A stretch of DNA of 64,000 nt. Origin: the human T2T-CHM13v2.0 reference genome, Homo sapiens. Below, piece after piece: positions 25,336 to 43,212 of the stretch (position 1 is its first letter; each line of letters begins with the position of its first letter). Under the pieces are notes generated by a model that made no database searches, was not told the origin of the DNA, and saw only the letters and a program-made list of their open reading frames with translations. Where the stretch lies: the NCBI RefSeq assembly GCF_009914755.1, contig NC_060928.1. One strand, written 5' to 3'. Both the position numbers and the translations under genes were made by a program.

Positions 25336-25998
25336 GACCCAGGACTGCTTTGTGTTTTCTGTCTTTCTCTCCATGCATTTTTTTTCTCATTTTTAAAGCT
25401 TTTTAAGTTTGTTCCACCACGTTAAGGGAAGAGCATGGGTTGGTGGATAGCGCTGGGGCTCTCTCCCCTGAGCCATGCAGAAGGCCCCTTTCTCTGGGCC
25501 TTGGTTCCCCCATCAGATGGGTCAGCTTGGGCGACTGTGTGGGTGACTCTCTGAGTGGGGCCCCAGACAGTGTGGCCACTGCTTCCCCATGCCCTGTGCT
25601 CCCCTGGCTCCCCCTCCAGTCTCATCTCAGAAGTGCTCAGGTCTCCACTGCTGAGTCCATATCTGATGCGCTTGTTAAATTGGAGGTTTGAACTCAGAGC
25701 ACGTCAAGTGGCCCTTTGTGGGTGTTAAAGAACAGGATGTGCGCTGTGGCTCTTGCAGGGCCCTCCTGGCAGCCTCACAGTGACAGAGCCTTAAAGTGTG
25801 CACTGCTCTGATTAGTGTTCATGACGCTAGTCCATCTTCCTGGAAAAGGTGAGGAAACCAAGATTAAGAGGCTGCGTTTTCTTTAGACTTTGTGCTGTCA
25901 GGAGATGTATCTAGTGAGAAGAGAAGAGTGGCTCACATCTGTCACCACCCACAGTCACCAGTCAGAGGCGACGGAAGCCCTTGGAAAAAGCCCACTCT

Positions 25999-26299
25999 GG
26001 CTGGGTGCGGTGGCTCATGCCTGTAATCCCAGCACTTTGGGAGGCCAAGGCGGGTGGATCACGAGGTCAGGAGTTCAAGACCAGCCTGGCCAACATGGTG
26101 AAACCCCATCTCTACTAAAAATACAAAAAATTTAGCCGGACTTGTTGGCAGGTGCCTGTAATACCCAGCTACTCAGGAGACTGAGGCAGGAGAATCACTT
26201 GAACCCAGGAGGCGGAGTTTGCAGTGAGCTGAGATTGTACCACTGCACTCCAGCCTGGGCGACAGAGCAAGACTCTGTCTCGAGAAAAAAAAAAAAAAA
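25999..26299 (+). mobile_element. AluS SINE with TSD aaaaagcccactct
   Basis: Alu consensus with flanking direct repeat. Confidence 0.9.
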
Positions 26300-27589
26300 G
26301 CCCACTCTAACACTACTCTGAAGTCAGCAAACACTTCTGTGTTAGTTTTTAATTTGTTTTTCTTCCACCGCTCCCTGCAATGTCAGCTAAATGTGGAAAA
26401 GCTCACTGATAAGGTCACAGGATTGGTCAAGAGTCCCTGGTGGGGTTGGCTTTTATTTTTTAATATGGCCCAATTCCAATTTCTGACTTCGTGTTCATTG
26501 GCAAACAGCAAGCCGATAACATAATTACTTGTTTTTGTGATGATTGAGGTGTACAGGAAATGTAGTTTATGCTTTTGCTCTGTTTCATCTCCAAAATTCA
26601 GTGTTCAACACTTATTTACCTAACATCAAATAAAAACCAAATTTTTTAAACACTTGATTTGACAGACAAGAAGATTCTCTATTTTATTCATTTAAATATT
26701 TGTTGATGTTGCTTGTCAGGTGAGGGTGAAATGCTGTGTATGTGAGGGTGAGGCTGAGGCTGTATTCAGCCTGGTCTTCAGTGATTTCTATTAAATGAAG
26801 GGGAGAGAGAGGCAGAAGAGATACAACCTGCGAGCAATTCCACTCGCTCAGGGATTCCATGCCTTTATCCCAGGCCTTTTACCTAGACTCAGATGTGAAT
26901 CAAGTAGGTAGATTTTACCTTGCCTTTGCCCACCTCACTTCTCTGGTGGGGAGAACAAGTGAACTGTGAAATATCAGGACAAATAGGCAATGGGAGGAAG
27001 AAGAGAAACCGAACGGTCAGCCTGTGGTGTGAGTCCGGAAGACTCTCCTGACTCTGCACCCCCGCGTAGGCACATACTTCTGAAAGGACGCGTGGTCTCC
27101 ACCCCGGCGGCAGCTGGACTGCACGGTCACCTGATGAGGCTGACACTTACTTCATCTGTGGTTCCTTTACACATTCGTTTGGTGTTAGCATGTTTCTCCC
27201 ACCTTAGAGTAGTAGAACCTGAACAGACTAGGTAAGAAGGGCCAAGATTCTTGTTCCAAAAAGCCTGTCTTAGTTCACCTACTAGAGCAAATTGGATGTT
27301 CATAACACTTCCTTCATTTTAAGGAATATGCCTCTTATATGCATATATATGCTAAATACTAGGTAGAATAAAGTCCGTTTTTGAATTTTCTACATAGCCT
27401 AATTGACGGGTTATATTATCACAAAAACCAGTTGATGATGGTTCCACTGTGAAATCACTGGCGGTACAGGACCAGTGCTGAGAAAGACTGGTGGGTGGTG
27501 GGGTGGGGCGGGACGAGCCTGCCTGCAGGGCATGGCCACCCGCTGTGTTCTGCGACTAGTGAACTGTCATCCGCCTCCTTCATCTCTAG

Positions 27590-27793
<204 letters not shown>

Positions 27794-27961
27794 TAGTGTC
27801 TTTTCCCTTCCCACCAGACCCCTTCCCCAATCTCACCGTCACTCACTCATCTCTGTTTTGAAGGGGTCAGACTGACTCTCAGTGGAATCCTGGGATTGAG
27901 TTGTCTCCATTAACATCCATAATTCACATGTAGGATGAGATTTGTATACACATCATGTAAT

Positions 27962-27962
<1 letters not shown>

Positions 27963-28024
<62 letters not shown>
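27963..28024 (+). repeat. (CA)31 perfect microsatellite
   Basis: Direct reading. Confidence 0.97.
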
Positions 28025-28026
<2 letters not shown>

Positions 28027-28553
28027 GTTCCTGTTGGAAAAGGTGAGGTGCTAGGCCTGTTTTAGCTTCACTGATGACATGCACACTGGACAGGCCAGGC
28101 TGTGGGCTGAGGGGGCCATCACTAGACCTGTGTGTGCCCACAGGACCCCAGCCAGGCCACCTACACTCTGTGCTTCAGTCCCGCCCCATCTGTCAGCTGG
28201 AGATGGCATGGGAGCTTCCATGCCAGGCAGTCGATGCATGGGAAGTGTGAATACTGCCTGCCGTCAGCGTGGCACCTGCCATCTGGATTAGGGTGCCTTT
28301 GATTTCTGTTGATTTTCAAATCTGATTTGAAATATCTTGGATGTATCCTTCAGGGTTGTGATCCTGTTACTTCCTTTGCCATTGCTGAGGACTGGCCTCT
28401 TTCTGTAACAGTCATCTGGTTTTAATCTGATTCTGTATTTGTACGTTCTGTTTGGGCCAGACGTTTGCCCATGCATGTTATTATATATCCTTGAGTAGCA
28501 AAATGGGATTTTCTGCCACTGGAGACAGAAGCAGACGGCTTCCCTTGTGGTAA

Positions 28554-28808
<255 letters not shown>

Positions 28809-29636
28809 TGAGCTGCCTGCAGAGGACAAGCCCCCTCCCCACCCCCACCGCCTGGCCCTCTCTGGAGCTTGTAGCCCACAGCTGGCAGGTGTACCCACCT
28901 CTCAGTAGCTGCAGGGTTTGCTCTGATTTCAGTCGTATGTGCCCCCTTGGTACCTTTCCATCAGGTGGCGGGCAGGGTGGCGGGATGACAGGTCATGGGC
29001 TTTTCATCCCGTGGGCTGGCCTGAGCCTGTGCTATGTGTGAGGCGGCCACCACAGGGCACTGCCGCTCAGACAGTGCAGCATTAAGGGTACAGGTAACCT
29101 GGTTGGTCACCGAACACTGAAGTCCATAGGAACATGGAGTTCTTTATGAAGACACAGTGTCACCTTGAGCCTCAGTTTCAACAGAAAGAACAGCTCCAGG
29201 CTTGTCCTGGGTTGTCAGTGCTGTTGTTCTGCCTCCATGTTACTGCATCAGGTGTCGCCCGGCACAGTCTGGGGTCTGTGAGGATGATGAGAGGACACCT
29301 GCACAGCCGTGGCCCTTCCTGCCTACTCACCGGGCCCAAGGAGTCTCCTATCTCACGTCAGAACACTTCCTGGGTCAGGAAGACACCTGGAGAGTCTCCC
29401 AGGCCATGGCAGCCCCACAGCAGCACCTCACTTATGGGAGTGTCTGTCTGCCTGCCCAGAATGATAAGTGACTGCTCCACCACTGGCCAGCTGCTCTCAA
29501 GGAGGAAAGGCCTCTTTTCATAGGAGCCCCTTCTTTCAAGCTTCTTGCCAGTTAGACTGGGCCTCCCCAGCCAGGCTGCCTAGTAAGATTCTCCTGTATT
29601 TCAGGTGAAGCTGGAGCTCAGATCGCAGCAAGGTAA

Positions 29637-30146
<510 letters not shown>

Positions 30147-30294
30147 TAACTGGACATCGGCTGGGTTGGGTTTTCTTTGACAAAGGACCTGTCTCCCTTT
30201 TCCTTCTTTCCATCCTAAATATCACCCTAAAGATGCTTAACTATAGGAGAGGGGCAACCTTTGGACCATTTGATAGATTTTGTTTACCCTGGCT

Positions 30295-31155
<861 letters not shown>

Positions 31156-31276
31156 GTTTGCTCTGGTTTTAATGGCCCATTATATGTAAGAAAACATCTT
31201 TAAATCAAATTACATTTGGATTTTCTAATGTTAGGTGTGTGGGATGAGGGTGGCAGGTTTTCTGTACTTCTTGACA

Positions 31277-31455
31277 CCAGTGGTTCTTTATCGGGCAATT
31301 TTGTCCTCCAGGGGACATTTGGCAATGTCTGGGGATATTTTGGGGATGTGCTCCTGGCATCTAGTGAGTAGAGGCCAGGGATGCTGCTCCACACTGCACA
31401 ATGCCCAGGTCGGCTGCCCACGTGCCCCAGGTGCCTGCAGTGCCCAGGCTGAGAC
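31277..31455. mobile_element. MER20 DNA transposon remnant
   Basis: cagtggttct...caggggacatttggcaatgtctgg...ctggcatctagtgagtagaggccagggatgctgct. Confidence 0.8.
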
Positions 31456-31584
31456 ACGCGGCATTTTAGATGTATGACCATTTTCTCAAACATGGTTTTG
31501 AAGCACCTTTGCTCTGAAAGCTTTTTTTAAATCAAATACCTCCATTTCATTTTAGCATTAACTTTTCAAATTCATGGAGGCTGA

Positions 31585-32079
<495 letters not shown>

Positions 32080-32164
32080 TAAAACTGATGTTTATAAGTT
32101 AAGGCTGTAATAAGTGTAGACTGTGAAGCACTGAATCTGGGCTGAGCCATAGCAGACAGGCTAA

Positions 32165-32359
<195 letters not shown>

Positions 32360-32417
32360 TAGAATCGTATGCTTTTATGTCTTTTCTGTTCACATGTGTT
32401 CGCTTTACAGTACTTAA

Positions 32418-32705
<288 letters not shown>

Positions 32706-33655
32706 TAGAGAGTGAGACAGCACTCTCGTGCATTTTCTTACCCCTAATTTCTATTTTTTAAAATTTGATCTTTATAGAAAATACTGGACTAAGCATTCAA
32801 TCTGTTTTTTTAAATTAGGAAAATGTTTGCAGTCTGGTTTATTTGTTGAGCATAGAATAAGATACACTGATAACTTTTGTAACATTGGTTTGTGATTAAT
32901 TTCATTAAAATTCTGTAAACCTATTATTCAGAAATTATTTTTAGTACTAATTTACAGAAATGTTCCATGGCTTGCCTTTATGTAAAATGCAGATCTGAAG
33001 GAAGGGTCCTGTTGTCTCGACCTTGTGCAGCAGGCTCTTGGGGGCTCGCTTTACCTTTCAGTGCATGAGGAATCAGGGGTGGTCAAGCAGACAAGGTGCT
33101 TGGCCTCTGATTCCCCAGCTGGGGTGGGAGGCAGGAGCAACGATGTGGCATGGCTGGCTGATGACCCACGTTTGAGGGAGGCAGGATGGGGATGTGACCC
33201 TTCACTGGAGGAACTGGAGGAACTGGTATTTATGATCGGTCAAGAGAGAATGAGGCCAGTAGAGAAAACCCGAGGTGTGTGCATGTGGCTCGTTCAGGGA
33301 GAAGCACACGCTGTGTTGCAGCCGGGTCAGTGCTGGCTCCTGTGTGACTGCAGGCGGGGACCCGCGTATTTAAAGCTTGGTTAGCTCCATGCTGCCAGAA
33401 GCTTTGCAGGCTGCACTGAGTGGTAGGAGTGCATGGTGGGCATTCAGAGATCTCATAAAGAATGGGTAGGCATTGAAAGATTTTAAAAAATTATTAAGAG
33501 GGCGAGACGAAATTGAGAGGTGGACTTATGTGTTTGCTGCGACTGTCGGCAAAGTCTCCTAACTGTGGATGCAGGTGTCCTGTAGAGCCAGAAACCTTTG
33601 TGGCTGACTTGGGGCTGCAAAAACAGGGCAGACCACAGGACACGTCTAGGGTTGA

Positions 33656-34087
<432 letters not shown>

Positions 34088-34401
34088 TCAGGTGCATTTT
34101 TATTTTCTGTCTGAGAACAGCAAGTCCCAGGCTTTGACCCTGGTGCTTTGTCCTTAGGCCATAGTGGAGGACAGGGAGCTCCCGACAGAACTCTGCCCTG
34201 GGCCTGTCTTGTAGAGAGGTGATGGCTGTTCTCTGAGCACTCCTTTGCCTCACACACTTGGCCGCATTTAAAAATACCTGCCCACTGACAGTTGTTCATA
34301 GACTCTAGTTTTATGGGAACCAGAAACTATACTTAACATTGAAAGTTTAGAGTGAACTATAAAAATATGGAGCTTGAAAGGTAGTTACCTGTATTTACTA
34401 A

Positions 34402-34590
<189 letters not shown>

Positions 34591-35159
34591 TGAGAGGTTC
34601 TTAGGCACACCCAGGCTATGGCTGGGGAGAGGACTGTCACCAGCCAGGATCTGTGGTGCCTGGCATGGATGGCCACACAAGAGACCATGAGCAAATGGCA
34701 TGGGGGGATCTGCATGGGGGTTCTTGGATCCGCCTTGGAGTGTGAGGCTTGGCTTGGTAGCTTAGAGAAGGGTTGGGGTGACAGTCCTGACCGGGCTGCT
34801 TGGAGCAGGAGGAGCTGAGGGATGAGCCTCCCACCTGCACCAGGCTGTTGCCAAGTGCTGGGAGTCAGTCACATACGGCCAGGGCTCAGTGACTGAGCCC
34901 CAAACACGTAGATCCTGTACCTCAGAGAGCAAGATGGCGGGGCGGCAGGGGAGCTTGCCAGTTCTGTGTTTATTCCAGTGAGCTCGAGAGCCCCAGCAGG
35001 AGGAAGTGCAGCCAGGGCAGGGCTCTGTGAGAGCTCCAGGCCCCTCAGGGCTGCCTGCGCTCAGAGCTGGTGCGGCAAGCCGCATCCCCAGGAGCCTCGT
35101 GGCCGTTCCTGACGAGTGTTTGTGATAAGTGTGTGCCGGAGGTCAGGTGCTCTGCCTTT

Positions 35160-35480
35160 GCTTGTAAAATGTGGGCTGCAGTCAATATCTTTGTATGTAA
35201 AGAAAGTGCTCTGTATTCATCTTTATATAATATTTTCTTTGGGATGGATTCCCAGAAACAGAATCACAGGGTCAGAGAGTATGAAATGTTTAGATTCTTG
35301 GGGAATATTCCCAGATTGTTCTCCAAAATGTACAGTTTGTCATACCACAGCAGTGAAAAGAGTGTCTTTCGCCACCTCTTCCCTAAGATTATGCATTTCT
35401 ACCCCAGCTGATTTTCAGCTGTCTCTACTGCTTTGTTATTTGGTTGCTTGTCTTTCACTAATAGTAAACCACAAGGTCAT
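35160..35480 (-). mobile_element. Old L1 fragment (antisense)
   Basis: ttttctttgggatggattcccagaaacagaatcacagggtcagagagtatg...cccagattgttctccaaa...cagcagtgaaaagagtg. Confidence 0.55.
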
Positions 35481-35868
35481 GAGAGCAGAGGCTATGCCCT
35501 CCTGCCTAGCACTGCTCCTCCTGGGGTGGACTCCCATGTGGCTTGCTGCTGGTGCTTGGTAAAGGAAGAGTCAGAGAGATGGGTCGGGAAGCTGCTCAGA
35601 AGAGCTCTTACCAGCGTTTGCTGGACACCCTGCAGTGTACTAAGCAATCAACACGCTTTTTCTCTCTTCATCTTACAATGGCCTGGCTGGATACGTGTCA
35701 GCTCTTGTTCATCAGCGATGTGCACAGACACTAAGATAAAATAATGTGAGGGGGCGTTGTGTTGCCCTGCCTGCCTCTTGTGCTAAGAAGGCAGAGGAGA
35801 GCTCCTCTGGGATCTGGGGAGGGCTGTTCTGAGTAGTGTGTCCTAGCCAGGACTCTGAAGCTTTCTAA

Positions 35869-36291
<423 letters not shown>

Positions 36292-36360
36292 TAATTAGGC
36301 CTAGGTTTGCTTGTGGTGGTTTTGTAGTCATGTGAGAATGGTATTTTTTGGAAAAAAAAT

Positions 36361-36657
<297 letters not shown>

Positions 36658-37459
36658 CTGAAATATTTTTTTGAATTGAATTATTACAATTGAATATTTT
36701 AAAATGTTACATGAAAGGTATCTGCTATAACTCACACATTCCCTTAAAACATGCCTTATGTCAGAATTCTGATGGTTATTTTTATGAAATGGAAGATCTG
36801 TGAAGTGACCCACTTTCCTCTGGGCTAGTAGCCAGGTGCTTGGGAGCACTCACCAGCAGGCGTAAGGAGATTGCTCTTGTGAGGGGTGGTCCTGGCACAG
36901 TCTAGGACCAAGTCGTTGGTAGACACCAGGACAGTTGACCTCCTGCCTCTGCTCCCAGACTGTGTCCCAAGGACATCCAGGGACTGAGAGACATGTAGAA
37001 CTGCTGACCCTGATGTATTTTGGCATGACCCAGGTCCATACCAGGGCTGACCCAGCACAGAGAGTTCATAAGCCTGGTGCCAGTTCCAGCAACAGCACAA
37101 AAGGTTGCTTAGAAACACCTCCCCAGCACCCTTGTTCCTCGCCTGCCTGACTGCTGATTCACCCAGACTCTTGCTTTACATCCTGTCAGATACTTTGTAG
37201 CCATTTTCTCTGTTGTGGGGATCACCGTGTAAAGTGGGTTATGTAGAAGCTTGGTTATCAGACAGCGCTCCTGAGACAAGGTCGTGTAGGAAGCAAGGGT
37301 TGGCATATTGCCACTTCGTGAATACTTAATACATTTTTCATTGGCAACCTTTACATACAGATATGTCTGAGATCCTTTGAATTTAATTTATGGAGACTTT
37401 GTACACGCCCTCCACGGAGGTATGCTGATGTGTGTGGTGCCCGTTCTAAGTGATCATGA

Positions 37460-37702
<243 letters not shown>

Positions 37703-39179
37703 TGATGGTCACCTGTAGAACTGGACTTTGCCCTGTGGCAGCGCCAGCATTTGTCTCCTTAGCTGCTTATTTTCAAACATCTGCACATTTTCTTCTGAGG
37801 TGCAGCGTGTCTTTCAGCTGCGCCGGAGGGCTAGAGCTAACCACCTCTCAGCACCCAGGCACCCTGAGGTTCTGCTTGTCCGGGTGTGCATGCAGAGCGT
37901 TCCCAGCAGCCTTAGTACAGGGCAGGGAAGTAGAGAGGACACAGATGAGGAAGTCTCAGCATCTTCTTTTGTTTTTAAAAAGTGATTGTATTTTATTTTT
38001 TAATTTTCAGTGCTCTTTGGGTAAGGTCTCAGCATCTTCTCTGTTGTGTAGCAGAATCGTTTTTGCTTGGTTGTTGCTTGTATGCAGCCCATATTTCTAA
38101 CCATTTTGGAACCTAGGTGCTAGAGGGATCAATGTTCTGAGGAAAAGGAGGATAGGAAGATTTGTGTAAAAGTGGGCATGGATAAAAGACAGTACATCTG
38201 GAGTGCTCAGCTCTGGGCCTGATGCCCAATCCTGACAGGTGTTGCCGGGCCCTTCCAGGGCGGCTCCTTCAATGGCCACAGCCCTGTGGGGGTGCGTGTC
38301 ATCCCTTCCCTCACACGGCAGGCTTTTGGCTTCTGGATGACTTCAGCTGGGGAAGTGTGGCCTCCTTAGTGCCTGAGTGGTCTTTGAAAGGAAGGGAGAT
38401 AGAATACATGTTTCTGCCTTTTGTTGCCCTTAAGCTCATCATCTAGCAGGAAAGTCTGGCTATTTTTAAAAGAGTAGATTAATAGTAGTGCTTGAAAACC
38501 AGATAGAAAATGATCACCGATAAAAAAATGTTGAACAATTCATGGAAGACAGATGTGATGAGACCTAGAGAGAAAGGGCTGCTATGGAAATAAGAATGGT
38601 TCCAGGAACCTTGTCAGGTGGCCCCTGGGGAAGCTATATCCCCTACCCCTGCAGTAGTGGGGCAGCAGTGGCCAGTGGAGCCTGCTCCGGGGGAGCACTG
38701 GGCTCTGTGTCAATCACAGGTCGTGGGGCTTACACCTTTCAAAGAAGTCAGTGTCATGAAGGACAAAAAGAATCCTGGGTTAAAAGAGACTAAAGAAGTA
38801 CCCAGAGGAGGTGTGTGCTTCTTGATCAGAGCCTGAATCTGGGATGAGGAGCTATAAAGTATGCTTTTGGGGGCAGTGGGAAAAATTTTAATTTGGACAG
38901 GAGGCTGTTCTTCATGCTAAATTTCATAGGTATGGAAAGTGTTGTGGCTGCGCAAGAGAATGACTTGTGATGTGTTTAGGGTCAGATGTCAGATATTCGT
39001 AACTTACTTTCAAAGGATCGGGAAAAAATTTGTGTGTGTATACATATATCCATAAATAGAAAAAGCAAATGTGGTAAAACGTTAATACTGAATGAGTGAA
39101 GGGTATACTGATGTTCGTTATAGTATTCTTCCATTTTTTTCTTAGGTTTGAAATTTTTTTACTCCTAGGTTTTGTTGTT

Positions 39180-39338
39180 ATTTTTCTTTTTTGAGACAGG
39201 GTCTCTATCACCCAGGGTGGAGTGCAGTAGCACAGTCATAGTTCACTGCAGCCTCGATCTCCTGGGCCTAAGCAATCCTCTCACCTTGGCCTCCTGAGTA
39301 TCTGGGACTACAGGAACATGCCACCACACCTGGCTGAT
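39180..39338 (-). mobile_element. Alu monomer (FRAM/AluJ arm)
   Basis: ttttgagacagggtctc...ccaccacacctggct. Confidence 0.8.
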
Positions 39339-40232
39339 GAAATTTTTTTAAATAAAAGAATTGTCTTGAAATAGCCCTAGAGCTAGAGAGGTGGGTAGCG
39401 CTTCCTCCTACATGCTCTGTCAGGGCGCACCACCCAGGGGATAAGCTAGCAGCACATTCCTCTCAGGGCCCTGTCAACACAGGTCTTCTCTAGGAGGTGG
39501 GCTCTGGCATACCCTATGACATTGGAACAGGGATTCTGAAGTGCAAAATGAACAGAAAACCAAGAATACACAACGAGAGAGAAAGAACAAGCCCCAGTGA
39601 CTCTTCAGCAACACCCTCATAGGATGACAGATAAGGGGCCTGAGCTTGCTAAGTAAATAGGAAAGCTTTGCAGGGCTGGAGCAAAAAGGCAAGATGGGAA
39701 GCAGGTCCATAAGGGCGAGAGTGGGTTTGTACACAGCGCCTCTAGGACCATGGCGTGTAGAGCAGGCAGGAGCTTGTGTTTTAACCCTCATGTGGGGACC
39801 AGTGATAAGTCTTGCTCAAAGGCTTGGTGGCCAACTGGAGTTGAGTACCCTGTGTAGACCCCTGGGAGGGTTTTAGCCCTAGGGAAGGGACTAATAAACT
39901 TGCCCCAAGAGGCAGCAAATATGCTTCTCTGTTGTATCTGGGGAGGAGGGCAGGGAGGTTATTTGTTAGACATCGAAGCCCTAGGTCTGTGCCTTATGTT
40001 TTGGAGTCTAAATGTAAACTACTTATGTGCTGTAAGAAATGCCAAGTGGATACTGCAGTTTGCTTTTGATTAGTAAAAAAGAAATGCCAGGTTGAGCATT
40101 TAATCCACAAGTTGGTTCCTGACATGGTAATCCACCTGAGGTACCTGATTGAGGCAAAGATAAAGCCTGTGACACATGAGAGACATTTAAGCAATTCATA
40201 CCTCATATATTTCCTATGAAAACAAAAAACAA

Positions 40233-40513
40233 GCTGGGCACAGTGGCCCACGCCTGTAATCCCAGCACTTTGGAAGGCCGAGTTGGGAGGGTCACTTGAA
40301 GCCAGGAGTTTGAGACCAGCCTGGGTAACACAGACCCTCATCTCTACAAAAAAGAAAAAAAATTAGCCGTGCCTGTGATTCCAGCTACTCAGGAGGCTGA
40401 GGCAGGAGGACTGCTTGAGCCCAGGAGTTTAAGACTGCTGTGAACTATGATCATGTCAATATATTCCAGCCTGGGGGACGGAATGGGAACCCGGTCTCTA
40501 AACAAAACAAAAA
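40233..40513 (+). mobile_element. AluJ SINE
   Basis: Alu consensus motifs. Confidence 0.85.
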
Positions 40514-42110
40514 TTTGAAAAGGAGCCCTACTTAAACGTTTACAAAGCGCAATAGAAGGTGACCCTCGTGAGCAGACCTTCCTAATGGAAGGCTTTGCTT
40601 TTAGCGAGGACCTGAGGTAACAAGACTACATTTAAAGGAGAATGTGAACTAAGTGTATTAGAAATGGTTAAAGCCATGAATAGAGCTTTAGACGCCACAA
40701 GAAAAGAATGAGATATGGAGGGTAAATCAGACAAATACGAACAAACAGCAGCGGAGGTTAAAATAGAGTCATTGAGAGGATCCTGGGATAATGGCAGAGC
40801 AGGAAGCTGTGTCCCCACCTAGACCACAGTTGCACCAGAAGGACCTGTCTGATGTAACCATTTTGGAACTCTGGAAGCTACTGAAGGCTTGCAACTTCCA
40901 GGGGAGGCTTGGATGGCAAATTGGGGTTAATTTTGGTTTCAGCTCTTGGCACAGCAGCGGCTACCCATGCCCCACAGACAGCCATGCACATGTTCTTGGA
41001 GCACCTCGCACACAGCTTGAGGGGTTCAGGGTGAGCAAGAAGGATCCTTTTCTCCAAATAGTGGGTATCTGTGCTCAGGATCCCTGATTGCTGCTTCTGA
41101 TCACAGAGGTGCAGACAAAGAGGTGCGCTGCGCTGCCGTTGTTATCACACCTCCCTCAGTCGTTACAAGCCCCTCCCCCTCCAGCTGAAGTATCTTCAAG
41201 AGTATTTAAAGGGCCAGCACCAATTGCCCCCCTCTTTCATTTTTCTCTTTTTCCCCTTTTGGGAGCCAGACATTAAAAGACTAGGAAATTCAAAAACAAC
41301 TATGGGGAAAATAAGAAAATTTAGAAAATTAGACAGTGACTGCATGCTCAGGGAAAGGTACAGCTCAAAAAAGATCTGGAAAGACCTTAAATTTCCATCT
41401 TGGGTTGATCCTCTGCACAGAAACAGCCTGCAACAATCAAAACAAGAACAATAAATAAAAATAACAAAAACAGCAAACCTAGGGCAAGGGGAGGAAGAAT
41501 CTAATTTCTAGAGTTACCACATTATTAGACTTAACATGTCCAGTGTTCAGCAAAAAAAAAAAAAAAAAAAAAAAAAGCCTACAAAGAGACAGGAAAATAT
41601 GGCCATTTAAAGGGAAAACAAAATCAGCAGAAACTATCCCTAAAAGAAAGGCCAGATGATAGATCTACTAGACAGAGACTCTAAAACATCTGCCTTAAAG
41701 ATGCTGAGAAAACTAAAGGAAAACCTGCAGAAAGTCAAGAAAATCATGCATGAACAAAATGGCAGTATCAATGAAGAGATAGAAAACCTATAAAGAGAAA
41801 CAAACAAAAAAAGGAATTGTTGAGCCTGAGAAACAGAAAAGAAGATTGAAGAAAAGTGAACGGATCATAAGGGGTATGTGGGCTACCACCAAGCAGACCA
41901 ATATATCTATTGTGGGAGTCCCAGATGGTGAAGAGAGAAAGAGGCAGAGACAACTTTGAAAAAATAATGGCTGAAAAATTCCCAGGTTTGATGAAACACA
42001 CAAATATAAACATCTAAAGAAGCTCAATAAACTCCAGATGATCAAACTTTCGAAAACCAGAAAAAGAATCTTGAAAACCGCAAGAGGAAAGCTACTCATT
42101 ACATGCAAGG

Positions 42111-42475
42111 TGTATTAGTCTATTTTTACACTGCTCTAGAGATACTACCCAAGACTGGGTAATTTATAAAGGAAAGAGGTTTAATTGATGACTCACAGTT
42201 CCACATAACAGGGGAGGCCTCAAGAAACTTACCATCACGGTGAAGGTGAAGGGTACCTTTGCACATGGCGGCAGGAGAGAGAAGTGTGTGAGAGCCCAGG
42301 AAAAACTACCATTTATAAAACCATCAGATCTTGAGAGAACTCACTCACTGTCATGAGATGGCATGGAGGAAACCCTCCCATAATCCAGTCACTTCCCACC
42401 AGGTTCCTCCCTTAACACCTGAGGATTACAATTCAAGATGCGATTTGGGTGGGGACACAAAGCTAAATCATATCA
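42111..42475. mobile_element. MST/THE1-family MaLR solo LTR inserted in the L1
   Basis: TG...CA ends (tgtattagtc...catatca), gactgggtaatttataaaggaaagaggtttaattga motif, 5-bp TSD CAAGG at 42106-42110 and 42476-42480. Confidence 0.9.
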
Positions 42476-42882
42476 CAAGGGATTCTCAATGAGATTATCA
42501 GCAAATTTCTCATCAGGAATTTTGAAGGCCTACAGGCAGTGGGCCAATGCTAAAAGAAGAAAAAAAAATGTTAACCAAGACTTGTATGCAGTAAAACTGT
42601 CTTTCAAAGATAAGGGTGAAATTAAGACATTCCCAGATAAACAAAAGCTGAAGAAGTTTTTTAGCACTAGACCTGCCTTGCAAGTAATGGTCAAGAGAGG
42701 TAATGGAGAGAAGTCTTGTAGGTTGAAATGAAAGGATACCATACAGTCACTACAAGTTGTATGAAGAAGAAAGATCTCAAAGTAAATACATGGTCAGCTA
42801 TAAAAGTTTGTATTGTTGTAACCGTGGTTTATAACTCCATTTGTTTGTTTGTTGTCTGCATGATTGAAGAGACGTACATTTA

Positions 42883-43212
<330 letters not shown>

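Noticed and set aside
37953-38040. 15-bp direct repeat gtctcagcatcttct, 73 bp apart
   Set aside because: Too short to call a mobile element; noted only because it brackets the candidate 10-nt microexon and may mark a small local duplication
42438-42731. ORF resembling L1 ORF1p
   Set aside because: Decayed L1 fragment whose start is supplied by the inserted LTR; no intact element
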